A DNA stretch of 64,000 nt. It comes from Deltaproteobacteria bacterium (GTDB taxonomy: Bacteria; Myxococcota_A; Polyangia; Fen-1088). Below the pieces are notes generated by a model that did not search any database, was not told where the DNA came from, and was given only the letters and a program-made list of their open reading frames with translations. Location of the stretch: assembly GCA_033763315.1 (NCBI GenBank), contig JANRKS010000005.1:128001-192000 (forward strand), given 5' to 3'. Below are positions 28,637-38,493 of the stretch, piece after piece. Position 1 is the first letter of the stretch. The number at the start of each line of letters is the position of its first letter. A program made the position numbers and the translations under genes.

Positions 28637-29695
28637 TTAAGCCGCGGCACGTACGCGCGCACCGATCGCCGCCAATCGGTCGAGCGCAATTTGCGAGACG
28701 TTTTCATGCGAAAAGCGCTGCACACTCTTTTGCCCTCGCAGGCAGCGTTCGTGGTGCGTTTGCGAGCGCACGGCTTCGCACGCAGCTTCGAGTTGCGCCA
28801 GCAAGGCCGCGTCTGACAGGTAGGCCCACTGCATGTGCCCGTCGAACATCAAGAAGCGATCTTCGGGCCGAATGCTTTCAATCGTGGCATCAATCAGGAA
28901 AGAGTTGTCGGCCGTCATGAAATCCAAGTTGCCTGAATGGTTCGTGGCGACCGCCGTTTTGCCCAACCACATCGCGTCCGCCAAGTTGTAACCCCAGCCT
29001 TCGGCGTGGTGCGCACTGACGACGATGTCCGACATGGCCAACAGCGCCGTCATCTCGGGATCAGGAATGGGTTGATCCACGAACGTGATGCCCGGCGAGG
29101 CATAAGCGTGTTCGTCAGCCTGAGGCGACGTGTTCTTCACAATGAGACGCGCCTGTGGAAATTTCGCAAGCAGCGCGGGCCACACCCGCAGCAACTGACA
29201 CGTATTTTTGCGTGGATCTTGTGCCTTCGAAACCGTGAGCAAAGTGATCTGGGCGGCGTCGTGATTCAAGGCGCCGCGCACGGCGCGGTGGTCGTCCGCT
29301 GTGGCGTGCGTGCGTTGCACCACGTAGGGAACGTGCATCACTTGGGGATGAGCGGCTTCAAATACGCGCACACAGAACGCCGAAGCCGTCCACACCTCGT
29401 TGACCAACGTTGTGGCAGCGGTGTGCACTGGCGGCAAGCGATCGGCTTCCCACAAGAAGGTGCCCACGCGATAGATCTTCTGCAAGGCGGGGAACTGCGA
29501 CAGGGCCGTCGCCACGGTGTGTGGCTCGATGTGCAGAATCGCCAATTCCGCCTCTTCCGGCGTATCCACCAATTGGTGGCGGGAGCTCACAATCGCGCAA
29601 TAGTCCAACGCGGCGCGCGCGTGGCTGAGATACTTTTGGGAAAGGTAGAACACCTTGAGCGGCGGCCGGCTTTCCCATGCGTCCTTAACAGCCAT
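28637..29695 (-). CDS. Glycosyltransferase (GT4/GT-B fold)
   Basis: DPRKN, HHAEGWGYNLADAM, ATNHSGNLDF. Confidence 0.8.
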   Translation of the reverse strand: MAVKDAWESRPPLKVFYLSQKYLSHARAALDYCAIVSSRHQLVDTPEEAELAILHIEPHTVATALSQFPALQKIYRVGTFLWEADRLPPVHTAATTLVNEVWTASAFCVRVFEAAHPQVMHVPYVVQRTHATADDHRAVRGALNHDAAQITLLTVSKAQDPRKNTCQLLRVWPALLAKFPQARLIVKNTSPQADEHAYASPGITFVDQPIPDPEMTALLAMSDIVVSAHHAEGWGYNLADAMWLGKTAVATNHSGNLDFMTADNSFLIDATIESIRPEDRFLMFDGHMQWAYLSDAALLAQLEAACEAVRSQTHHERCLRGQKSVQRFSHENVSQIALDRLAAIGARVRAAA

Positions 29696-29822
29696 GCGTG
29701 GTTCCCGTGTGTGGAATCGATTTTCCTCGTGTCGTCATGAATGCGCCTACAGTGTGGGCTGAGGGCGGCGGGCGAAGAACCACCCTGATCTCTTCATCCG
29801 CGGTATCCTGCGGCTTCTTAAG

Positions 29823-31451
29823 ATGGAAACGGCATTCAAAGTTCCAGGTCCGCAAAACGAGCCGCCAAACGCCTTTGCGCCCGCAAGCGCCCCACGTGCG
29901 GCCCTCGTCGCGGCCCTGGGCCGCGTGGCCGGCGAGGTGGCGGAGATCCCGTGCATCATCGATGGTAAGGCCGTGTTCACGGGCCGCCTCATGCCGGTGG
30001 CAATGCCCCACAACCACGCGCACACCTTGGCACAAATTCACGGTGCGGCTCTTCCCGAGGCAGAGCTGGCGTTGAAAGCTTGTGCCCGCGCGCGCACCGA
30101 ATGGCAGGCCATGCCCTGGCAGCATCGCTTGGCCATCTTCTTGAAGGCCGCCGACTTGGTGGCCACGCGGCATCGGGCGTGGATCAACGCGGCGACGATG
30201 CTTGGCCAATCAAAGACCTGTCATCAATCCGAGATCGATGCTGTGTGCGAAGTGGCCGATTTTTGGCGCTTCAACCCTGCGTTTGCGGCGCAGCTTTATG
30301 AGGAGCAACCCCAAAGCGCGCCCGGCACGTGGAACACAATGCAATATCGTCCGCTTGAAGGCACCGTGCTGGCTGTGACGCCGTTTAACTTCACCGCCAT
30401 CGGTGCCAACCTGCCCACGGCACCCGCCATGATGGGCAACACGGTGGTGTGGAAACCCGCCGAAAGCCAAACGTTAAGTGCGTATGTCACGTACAAGATT
30501 CTGGAAGAAGCAGGGTTGCCTCCTGGTGTGATCAATTTTTTGCCGGGTGCCGGCCAACACATCGTGCCTCGGGTGATGGCGGATCCCAGCTTCGCAGGGC
30601 TGCACTTCACGGGCGCAACGAATGTGTTCCGCAACCTGTGGAAGCAGGCGGCGCAGCACTTGGATGGGTATAAACAATTTCCTCGTTTGGTGGGCGAGAC
30701 CGGCGGCAAAGGGTTCATCTTGGCGCACGCCTCGGCTGATCTCGATGTGCTTCGCACGGCGATCATCCGCGGCGCCTTTGAATACCAGGGGCAAAAATGC
30801 TCGGCGGCCTCGCGGGTCTATTTGCCCAAAAGTGTGTGGGCAAAGCTGCGGCGGCCGCTGCTCGATGCCGTGGCTGACTTGCGCATGGGCGATGTGAGCG
30901 ACTTTGGCAACTTCATGGGGGCCGTTATCCGCGAAGGCGCGTTCGTGCGGCTCGCAGACGTTCTTGATGCCGCGCGAACCGATCCGCGTGTCACCGTTCT
31001 TTGTGGCGGCGGTGTGGATGGGCAAACGGGCTGGTTTGTGCAGCCCACAGTATTGATCACTGATGATCCGAACTCGCGCTTCTTAACCGAAGAGTTCTTT
31101 GGCCCCGTGGTCACGCTGTTCTTGTATGAAGACACGCAGTATGACGACGTACTGCGGCTGATCGACGCCACATCGTCCTACGCTTTGACGGGGGCGGTGA
31201 TCGCGCAAGATCGTGCGGCGCTTACCCAGGCGCATGCGGCGCTCATGAACGCTGCAGGCAATTTCTATATGAACGATAAACCCACCGGCGCGGTGGTGGG
31301 CCAACAGCCGTTCGGCGGGGCGCGTGGCTCGGGCACGAACGACAAGGCCGGCAGCGTGCACAACCTTTTGCGTTGGGTGTCTCCGCGGGTCACCAAAGAA
31401 ACGTTCGAGCCGCCACGCGATTACCGTTATCCATTCATGGATCAAGCCTGA
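29823..31451 (+). CDS. pruA: L-glutamate gamma-semialdehyde (P5C) dehydrogenase
   Basis: TPFNFTAIG, FTG, GETGGK, AFEYQGQKCSA, EEFFGP, GNFYMNDKPTGAVVGQQPFGG. Confidence 0.93.
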   Translation: METAFKVPGPQNEPPNAFAPASAPRAALVAALGRVAGEVAEIPCIIDGKAVFTGRLMPVAMPHNHAHTLAQIHGAALPEAELALKACARARTEWQAMPWQHRLAIFLKAADLVATRHRAWINAATMLGQSKTCHQSEIDAVCEVADFWRFNPAFAAQLYEEQPQSAPGTWNTMQYRPLEGTVLAVTPFNFTAIGANLPTAPAMMGNTVVWKPAESQTLSAYVTYKILEEAGLPPGVINFLPGAGQHIVPRVMADPSFAGLHFTGATNVFRNLWKQAAQHLDGYKQFPRLVGETGGKGFILAHASADLDVLRTAIIRGAFEYQGQKCSAASRVYLPKSVWAKLRRPLLDAVADLRMGDVSDFGNFMGAVIREGAFVRLADVLDAARTDPRVTVLCGGGVDGQTGWFVQPTVLITDDPNSRFLTEEFFGPVVTLFLYEDTQYDDVLRLIDATSSYALTGAVIAQDRAALTQAHAALMNAAGNFYMNDKPTGAVVGQQPFGGARGSGTNDKAGSVHNLLRWVSPRVTKETFEPPRDYRYPFMDQA

Positions 31452-31458
31452 CGCGCCT

Positions 31459-32979
31459 ATGTTGATCGTGACGTTGGAACCCCCGCACGACAGCCGCACC
31501 GGCGACTGGTTTTATCGGACGGACGTGCCATTGCGTGCTTTGGCGGCGTTGCCAGATGTTTATTGCGTGGAGGTGAACCGGCTGCACCGACACCAAGCCC
31601 AGCTCACCGCGCACGCAGACGTGTTGGTGCTCAACATGGTGTGCGACGCTGACATGCTGCCGCTTGTGGAGTACCGCCGGCGCGAGGGGCTGCCCACAAT
31701 ATTTGAGATCAACGACGACATCGATTTCGTGCAGCCTTGGAACCCCACGTATCGCTTCTTTTCTGATCCACAGCAGCGCGAGCTTTTGCGTACCACCGCC
31801 GCCGCGTGCGACGCCGTGCAATTTTCGTCGCACCAGCTTGCAAGCCGCTATGGCCGCCTGGCGCAGCGGCTGGCTGTGTTTCCCAACCAGATGCCCGAGG
31901 GTCTGCCTCCGCCCGCGCCGCGTTTCTCCCAAAATTTTGTGGTGGGGTGGGGCGGCTCCGTGGGGCACCAAGCGGATGTGGCCGCCGTGGTGCCCGAGTT
32001 GTGCGCTTGGATGCGCGCGCACGACGACGTGCGGTTTGCCGTCATGGCCGATGAAGTGATGCGTCCCTTGTTCGCGGCGTTTCCGCAAGATCGTTTGCGG
32101 TGGGAGCCGCCTGGAACCATGCAGGACTACCGTGCGTTTATCAGCACGTTGGATGTGGGAATTGCACCCCTGCAAGACACAGGCTTTAACCGCTGCCGCA
32201 GCGATGTGAAATTGCTTGAATACGCGGCGGCCGGCGCGGTGCCTGTTGTGCAACGTTTGGCGCCCTATGAAGCCACGTTGATTGAGGGTTTGACGGGCTT
32301 TGGCTTCAACACAGGCGAAGAACTTGTGGCGGCATTGGAATCCCTGCATGCCGACCCCAGCCTACGCAGCGCCGTTGCGAGCACGGCCTACAAATACGTA
32401 ATCACCCAGCGCGTGGCTTCGTCGCGCGCCCAAGACCGTTTGCTGTTCTATGATGGCTTGCCCCACAAGCCGTTCGCGGACGCGCGGCCCCGCTTTGAAG
32501 TGTTTGCGGATTTCGCGGGCGCCACGCGAGCGGGGCGTCACCTGCGTTTGGAGTTCACGCTGTTTGAGCGCTTGGTGTTCGAAGCGTTGGTGGCTGGTCT
32601 GCAAGAACAATTTGGATCCACGGCACTCACGCTGTTAAGCAAAGCGGCCGCGCTCGCACCCGACAACGTGGATGTGCTCATCTATATGGCGCTCTTCGAT
32701 GCGCAGAAGCGGCGTGTGTTAGAGCAAGCGGTTCAAAAGGTGCCAAGCAGCGCGCGGGCCTGGCTTGAACTTGGCGACGCGCAGTTTGACGAAGGCGACG
32801 CCCGCCAAGCCTTGCTGTCTTTTCAGCAAGCCATGGCGTTGGCGCCGTCCTATGCGCTTGCGTGGGGAAAGGCCGCGGCCGTGTTGGCGCGTGCAGGCCA
32901 ACACGCGCAAGCCGAATGTTTCGCATTGCGGGCGCGAGCACTCTCGGCGGCTGTAGATTTAGGATTTTCCGATGCTTAA
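31459..32979 (+). CDS. Glycosyltransferase with C-terminal TPR repeats
   Basis: VGWGGSVGH, DVGIAPL..FNRCRSDVKLLEYA; TPR helices (AWLELGDA..FQQAMALAP). Confidence 0.8.
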   Translation: MLIVTLEPPHDSRTGDWFYRTDVPLRALAALPDVYCVEVNRLHRHQAQLTAHADVLVLNMVCDADMLPLVEYRRREGLPTIFEINDDIDFVQPWNPTYRFFSDPQQRELLRTTAAACDAVQFSSHQLASRYGRLAQRLAVFPNQMPEGLPPPAPRFSQNFVVGWGGSVGHQADVAAVVPELCAWMRAHDDVRFAVMADEVMRPLFAAFPQDRLRWEPPGTMQDYRAFISTLDVGIAPLQDTGFNRCRSDVKLLEYAAAGAVPVVQRLAPYEATLIEGLTGFGFNTGEELVAALESLHADPSLRSAVASTAYKYVITQRVASSRAQDRLLFYDGLPHKPFADARPRFEVFADFAGATRAGRHLRLEFTLFERLVFEALVAGLQEQFGSTALTLLSKAAALAPDNVDVLIYMALFDAQKRRVLEQAVQKVPSSARAWLELGDAQFDEGDARQALLSFQQAMALAPSYALAWGKAAAVLARAGQHAQAECFALRARALSAAVDLGFSDA

Positions 32980-33087
32980 AACCGGGTTGCATAGGTCGGC
33001 TTAGCCACAAGTCACGGCTGATCGGCAAATCCTGAAAATCGGGCACGCCCGCCCCCTTCGTCAAACGCCACCATGAACGCGTCTTGT

Positions 33088-34206
33088 TTAAGGTGTTGGG
33101 TTAAACAGCTGTGGCTTGTCGTCTTTGAACACTGGATCGCGTTCGGTCAGCACAATGGCCAACATCACCAACCTCGCCAGCGGTGGCAACTTGCGGAACG
33201 CCGGCGGCAACACAACCGAAGCGTTGTTGCCCTCGGTGCATGTGCCCTGGTAAACGCCCGGGCTCGTGGCGGCCAACGCGTTTTCGCATCCGGGATACCA
33301 CCGCAAAAGACCTTTGCGCGTTTCAAGCCGCGCCGTGTGGCCGGGCAAGGTGCCCCGCAACAAGAACCCATTTTGCGTGGACGACACCTGGAAAAACACG
33401 GGGTAACCCGCGATGGATCCTTCAGCCTGTTCCTCGCCCTTGAGCCAAATGTTCACAACCTCATCGCCGATCTTACCCACAATCAAACGTTTGCGAATAT
33501 CGATCGACAAAGGCGTGCGGTTAACCGATCCGGTGATGCGCGCCAAGGCGTCGCCTTGACCATAAAGATCAAGAACGTCTAAAGCGGCTCCGCGACGCGA
33601 TTCCCATTTCACCAAAAAACGGCCGGGGCGCGGCGCGGGGGGCGCAGGCTTGGTGGGCTGCACCACGCGCGGCTCTTCGGCTTGGCCTTCCATGATCAGT
33701 TCGTGCAAGCCAAGGCCAGGACCGCTCAAAACGGGGGCGGCCGGTGGTGCCGGCGGCGCTGCCAGCTCCACGGGCGGCTCCACATAAGCGAGCGGCGGTG
33801 ACGAACGCTCGGGCCGCGTGCGCCGACGTTGAGGTTTGGGTGGCTCTTGTGAATTTCGCTCCTCCGCCTCGTTGTCAGAAGGCGGCAAAACGATCGCTTG
33901 TCTTGCGGGTGCGGCCTCATAGCGTCGTGTGACCCGCGTGGGTGCTCCTGCGGGTGCTGACTGTTCCGCGCGCCACAGGCGTTGAACGTGAATCACGCCA
34001 TAAGCCATCGCCCCACCACCCACGAACAACACGCCAGTGGCAAACGCCATGCGCAGGACCCACGGCGCCTTGCGGTTGCTGATGCGGCTTTCCACGCGCG
34101 CGCGCACGCTTTCTTTGAGACCCAGCGGCATTTCAGGCGCCCCCGCGCGAAGCAAGGCTTTCTGCGCGTCTGTGCCCGCATCCTTAAGTCGTGTTGGCTC
34201 GCTCAC
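33088..34206 (-). CDS. Putative anti-sigma factor (one TM helix, Pro-rich linker, extracytoplasmic domain)
   Basis: GTGA-coupled to the ECF sigma; MSEPTRLKD..ALLRAG N-terminus, TM ending GGAMAY. Confidence 0.6.
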   Translation of the reverse strand: MSEPTRLKDAGTDAQKALLRAGAPEMPLGLKESVRARVESRISNRKAPWVLRMAFATGVLFVGGGAMAYGVIHVQRLWRAEQSAPAGAPTRVTRRYEAAPARQAIVLPPSDNEAEERNSQEPPKPQRRRTRPERSSPPLAYVEPPVELAAPPAPPAAPVLSGPGLGLHELIMEGQAEEPRVVQPTKPAPPAPRPGRFLVKWESRRGAALDVLDLYGQGDALARITGSVNRTPLSIDIRKRLIVGKIGDEVVNIWLKGEEQAEGSIAGYPVFFQVSSTQNGFLLRGTLPGHTARLETRKGLLRWYPGCENALAATSPGVYQGTCTEGNNASVVLPPAFRKLPPLARLVMLAIVLTERDPVFKDDKPQLFNPTP

Positions 34207-34811
34207 CGCTTCCCCCCCTGCATAACAACCAACGCCCTTTGTTTGTGCAACCGATCGAACTCGGCGCGTGCGTGACGTAGCCGCGATTTCACCGTTTCGA
34301 CGCCACAGCCCAGCACGTCGGCAATTTCTTCCGTTGAGAGTTCTTCAAGTTCAAACAGCACAAACACCGATCGTTTCTTGGGCTTCATGCGGCCCAGGAT
34401 CTCTTCCAGCACAACTGCGGCCTCTGACGCTTGCGCGCGTCGCTCCGGCCCGGGATCGGCATCGGCGGGTTGCCACTGCCGCCCAAGCATCGCGTCCAGC
34501 GCACGTCGAACGGAGCCTTCGCGGTGCGCCCGAGACACTTCGTTGATCGTGATGCGGTAAAGCCATGTGGAAAACTGGCTGTCGCCGCGGAAGTGGCCAA
34601 GGTTGCGATAGACACGCAGAAAAACCTCTTGGCACACATCGGCGGTTTTCTCTTCCGTCAGGCCCATCCGCCGCCCCAAACGGTACACCAGCGGCGCGTG
34701 TTGGTCGTAAAGCTGCCGCCAGGCGAGTTTATCCCCCGCCTTACACCGGCTGACCCAGTCAGCGTCGATACGGCCCACCTCGGCCGAGTCTTCACGTACC
34801 GCCACGTTCAT
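34203..34811 (-). CDS. ECF sigma factor
   Basis: DVCQEVFLRV, FSTWLYRI, EEIADVLG..ETVKSRLRHAR. Confidence 0.92.
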   Translation of the reverse strand: MNVAVREDSAEVGRIDADWVSRCKAGDKLAWRQLYDQHAPLVYRLGRRMGLTEEKTADVCQEVFLRVYRNLGHFRGDSQFSTWLYRITINEVSRAHREGSVRRALDAMLGRQWQPADADPGPERRAQASEAAVVLEEILGRMKPKKRSVFVLFELEELSTEEIADVLGCGVETVKSRLRHARAEFDRLHKQRALVVMQGGKR

Positions 34812-34818
34812 TAAGGGT

Positions 34819-34847
34819 TTAGACCGTCGGAGGCCATTTGTGGATCA
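34819..34847 (-). promoter_or_regulatory. Putative autoregulatory ECF promoter TGATCC-N17-GTCTAA, 7 nt before ATG
   Basis: Minus strand reads tgatccacaaatggcctccgacggtctaaacccttaATG. Confidence 0.55.
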
Positions 34848-34946
34848 AAATAATTATCAAGTAATATCAACCACTTGTAGTCTGCGCTTCGTTGCGCGCC
34901 CGCAACTTGGTCGACAAAGGGGCACGTTGCATGGCCTCGGGCGGGC

Positions 34947-36197
34947 TCAAAGAGCTGGCATGCCCGAAGCGATCGCGGCGTGAAGCGAGGCAATGCTGCG
35001 GGCACAATCTCGGGTGAGCGGGTTATCGGCGCGGCGCACGTAGCCGCCCAAAAGGGAAGTGAAGCGGCTCTTGATGCGCGCCAGCTTCTGCGGGTTGAAA
35101 AAAATATCCGGCAATTGCCCGTCATACCAACCGTTGACCATCGCGCGAAACACGGCCACGGCTTGCGCCATGGGCCCTGTGTAGCTCGCATCCCAGTCAA
35201 CCGCCTCGCCGCGCAAACAACGATCCACCAAGGCGGCGGACAACGTGGCCGATTCCAGCGCCAACGTGACGCCCGACGAGAACACGGGATCTAGAAAATC
35301 GCCCGCGTTGCCTGCAACAGCCCAACGCGTGCCGTGAAGCTTCGAATTCTTGGTTGAGTATTCGCGCAAGATTTGAGGCGGCAGTACGGGCTGCGCCGCC
35401 CGCAATCGGTAAGCGGCATTTGGATCGCGTTGCAGTTGGGTGAGCAACTTTTCCAAGGACGTGCCATGCAAAGCGTCCCAGTACGCCGGATCGCACACCA
35501 TGCCTACGGATGTGCGCCCGTTCGAGAATGGAATCAGCCACAACCAGCCATTGTCTGGATGGCAACACACCCAGATGTCGCCTTCCACATCGGCCCTAGG
35601 CCGGACGTCGCCTTCAAAGTGAGTGAAGCAGGCCACGCGCGCGGGCAAGCCGGTCGCTTCATCCAGCTTCAGCAGGCGCGCCAACACACGGCCATAGCCA
35701 CTGCAATCAAGCACCCACCGAGCGCGTAACGTTTGTGTTTGTTCCTTCCACAGATCTTTCACGGTGACTGCAGCACCGTCGTCAGCGAAGGAAGCTCCGA
35801 GCACCTCCTGGCCGAAGCGCACATCCACGCCTTGACGGCGCGCCTCTGTGGCCAGCGTTTGATCGAAGTCGTCACGCGGCACTTGAAATGTTGTGGGGCG
35901 ATCCCCTTCCAGAGCGTTGGCGAAGCTGAAACGTTCACGCTCGTCGCCGCGCAGAAAGAGGGCGCCCTTTTTCACCATGTAGCCGCGGCGTTCCACGGCG
36001 TCGAGCAAACCCAGCCCTGCCAACAGATCGTTTGCCCGTGGCAGCAGCGATTCGCCCACCACTTGGCGTGGGAAGTGGCCGCGCTCAAGGCACACCACCT
36101 TGTGGCTCTGCCTCACAAGGGCTACAGAAGCTGCTGACCCGGCGGGCCCTGCACCGATCACCAAGACGTCTGCGTCAAATGAAGGAGAGGCTGCCAT
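34947..36197 (-). CDS. Flavin-dependent halogenase-like oxidoreductase
   Basis: GAGPAG, GESLLP, GYMVKKGA (Lys), GWLWLIP (WxWxIP), FLDPVFSSG. Confidence 0.8.
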   Translation of the reverse strand: MAASPSFDADVLVIGAGPAGSAASVALVRQSHKVVCLERGHFPRQVVGESLLPRANDLLAGLGLLDAVERRGYMVKKGALFLRGDERERFSFANALEGDRPTTFQVPRDDFDQTLATEARRQGVDVRFGQEVLGASFADDGAAVTVKDLWKEQTQTLRARWVLDCSGYGRVLARLLKLDEATGLPARVACFTHFEGDVRPRADVEGDIWVCCHPDNGWLWLIPFSNGRTSVGMVCDPAYWDALHGTSLEKLLTQLQRDPNAAYRLRAAQPVLPPQILREYSTKNSKLHGTRWAVAGNAGDFLDPVFSSGVTLALESATLSAALVDRCLRGEAVDWDASYTGPMAQAVAVFRAMVNGWYDGQLPDIFFNPQKLARIKSRFTSLLGGYVRRADNPLTRDCARSIASLHAAIASGMPAL

Positions 36198-36320
36198 GTG
36201 CGCTCGCATATACGCCTGTGATGCGCCGTAAAATCAAGGGATTTTCTCTTGCGGGGCCGCGGCGCGATGGGCACAATCCAGCAACGATAAACCTGTTGTG
36301 ATGCGTCACAGGCCGCTTGC

Positions 36321-37244
36321 ATGAGTGGGGCTGCTAACGCGCACGTTGCCACCACCATGCAAGCAAGCGTTCCTCAACCTTCACACCCGTCGCCGTCGCA
36401 GCGTCCGCCTGCCGGCTTTGTGCAAGGCGTGCGTGTTGGCCTGTGTGGCCTCGCGTTTTTGGGCTTTGCGTTGGGCGGCGCTGTGTTGGCGTGGTTGGTT
36501 TTGCCGATTGTCGCGCGTTGGCCCGGCTCCTCGCAAGCGCAATCACGGAAACGCTGTCAGCGCGTGGTTCGCGCCGCGTGGATCTTTTTTCATGATTACA
36601 TGCGCGTGGTGGGTTTGGTGGCGTTCAACCACCGGCGCATGCGTCTGCCAGCCCATGCGCCCGCCGTGATCATCGCGAATCACCCCACGTTGATCGACAT
36701 CACGGCGCTCGTATCCGCGTTGGGGCCCGTGTGTTTTGTGGCCAAAAAGCCGCTGTTCAAGAATCCGATCTACGGCGCCTTGTTGCGCGCGTGCGGCCAC
36801 ATTGGCAGCCTGGATGCCGATGGCGATGAGGGCCAAAGCGCGCTCGATCAGGCTTTGGCGCGGCTAGCGGCGGGCCATAGCGTGCTGTTGTTTCCCGAGG
36901 GCACCCGATCGCCCGTGGGCGGTTTGGGCCGCTTCCGTATGGGGGCGTTTGCGCTTGCGCGGCAGGCTCAGGTGCCGCTGGTGGTCGTGAGCGTCACAGC
37001 CCGGCCGTTGGGTTTGAATAAGGGCGTGCCTTGGTACGCGATCCCCGCGCAAGCGATGACCCTGTCGCTCGAACACGAGATGACGTTCAACGATTGGTCA
37101 AGCATCCCTGATTTGCACGCCTTGGCCGCGTTGCGAACCACGATCAGACAGCGGTTGCTGGCCCGCGTGCACCCCGGCCCTGCGGCCGTTCCAGTGGCCG
37201 CGCCAGAATCTGTGCCAGGGACTTTGAATTTAACGCAGGCCTAG
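36321..37244 (+). CDS. Lysophospholipid acyltransferase family protein (ApeD-like)
   Basis: NHPTLID (HxxxxD), FVAK, FPEGTRS. Confidence 0.88.
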   Translation: MSGAANAHVATTMQASVPQPSHPSPSQRPPAGFVQGVRVGLCGLAFLGFALGGAVLAWLVLPIVARWPGSSQAQSRKRCQRVVRAAWIFFHDYMRVVGLVAFNHRRMRLPAHAPAVIIANHPTLIDITALVSALGPVCFVAKKPLFKNPIYGALLRACGHIGSLDADGDEGQSALDQALARLAAGHSVLLFPEGTRSPVGGLGRFRMGAFALARQAQVPLVVVSVTARPLGLNKGVPWYAIPAQAMTLSLEHEMTFNDWSSIPDLHALAALRTTIRQRLLARVHPGPAAVPVAAPESVPGTLNLTQA

Positions 37245-37273
37245 GCCGTTATTCGCTATACAGGACGCCGACC

Positions 37274-37579
37274 GTGCAATTGGAAGACCTAGAGGCTGAG
37301 TTGAAGGACTTAATCGTCGAGGCGTTGATGTTAAAAGACGTCAAGCCGGCGCAGATCAATTCTACCGAACCTTTGTTCGTAGAAGGACTGGGCCTTGATT
37401 CCATCGACGCGCTTGAACTGGGCCTCGCGATCGAAGGCAAGTGGGGTTTCAAGATCGGGGGGGATGAGGCTTCGGCCCGCAAAGCGTTTGCTTCCGTACG
37501 CAGCCTGGCCGCGTTCATCCATGACAAAATCAGCACGCAGCCGGCGTTGTCGGCTGCCCCCACGCCAGCTTCCACCTAA
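37274..37579 (+). CDS. Acyl carrier protein (ApeE-like)
   Basis: PLFVEGLGLDSIDALEL. Confidence 0.92.
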   Translation: MQLEDLEAELKDLIVEALMLKDVKPAQINSTEPLFVEGLGLDSIDALELGLAIEGKWGFKIGGDEASARKAFASVRSLAAFIHDKISTQPALSAAPTPAST

Positions 37580-37585
37580 GCCGCC

Positions 37586-37849
37586 ATGACACAAGCTGAA
37601 ATTTTCGACCGCGTGCAAGCGATGATGAACGAACTTTTCGAGTTGGATCGCGAAAAGATTACGCTTGAGTCACACCTCATCAACGACCTGGATCTCGACA
37701 GCTTGGACGCCATCGATATGGCGGTGAAGCTTGAAGAGATCACGGGTCACCGCGTGGCGGAAGAATCACTGAAGGCCATCCGCACCGTCGCCGACGTGGT
37801 GCATTTGGTGGACGGCGTGGTCAACGGCAAAACGTCGCCGGCTGGCTGA
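37586..37849 (+). CDS. Acyl carrier protein (ApeF-like)
   Basis: DLDLDSLDAIDM. Confidence 0.92.
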   Translation: MTQAEIFDRVQAMMNELFELDREKITLESHLINDLDLDSLDAIDMAVKLEEITGHRVAEESLKAIRTVADVVHLVDGVVNGKTSPAG

Positions 37850-37863
37850 TCGAGGCGGCCCGC

Positions 37864-38493
37864 ATGTGGAAGGCGATGGCTAGCGTCACAGGCGTGGTTG
37901 CGGCGCTGGCATACCCTGCATTCGTGTATGTCGGCCTCACGCGTTTTGGTTTGACGCGCGCCGTGTGGTTGGTGGTGATCGTCGCAGCGGTTTTGGCTGC
38001 GGCGCGCGCGCTGTCCCCCGGGCGGCGGCGTGTTGCCCTGTTGCTGGCGCCACCGCTGACGATGGCTGGGTTGGCTGTTCTTGGTGCATGGACGAAGCAA
38101 CCTCGGCTGCTGTTGGCCACGCCCACTTTGATCAATGGTTCGTTCTTGCTGACTTTCGGTGTCACCTTGCGGCCAGGGGCCCAACCGATCGTCGAACGTT
38201 TTGCGCGCATGCTGGATCCGGGGCTTACCGAGGCCGAAGCGGCTTATTGCCGGCAAGTCACGAAGCTGTGGTGCTGGTTCTTCGTGCTCAACGGCACTGC
38301 GGCGGCGGTGTTGGCTGTGGGTGCGCCGTTGTCGTGGTGGGCACTCTATACGGGGCTGCTTGCGTATGTTCTGATGGGCTTGCTGATGGCCGGAGAATAC
38401 GTTGTGCGGAAACGTCGCTTCGGAAAGTTTGGCCGCGGCCCACATGATCGCATGTTGGCGTTTCTCATGGCGCCACGGGCGGGCAGGTCATGA
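37864..38493 (+). CDS. COG4648 membrane protein (ApeG-like)
   Basis: PIVERFAR..YCRQVTKLWC..WALYTGLLAY..GEY. Confidence 0.85.
   Translation: MWKAMASVTGVVAALAYPAFVYVGLTRFGLTRAVWLVVIVAAVLAAARALSPGRRRVALLLAPPLTMAGLAVLGAWTKQPRLLLATPTLINGSFLLTFGVTLRPGAQPIVERFARMLDPGLTEAEAAYCRQVTKLWCWFFVLNGTAAAVLAVGAPLSWWALYTGLLAYVLMGLLMAGEYVVRKRRFGKFGRGPHDRMLAFLMAPRAGRS

Noticed and set aside
27623-28816. 397-aa plus-strand Arg-rich ORF
   Set aside because: Antisense to the RluA gene.
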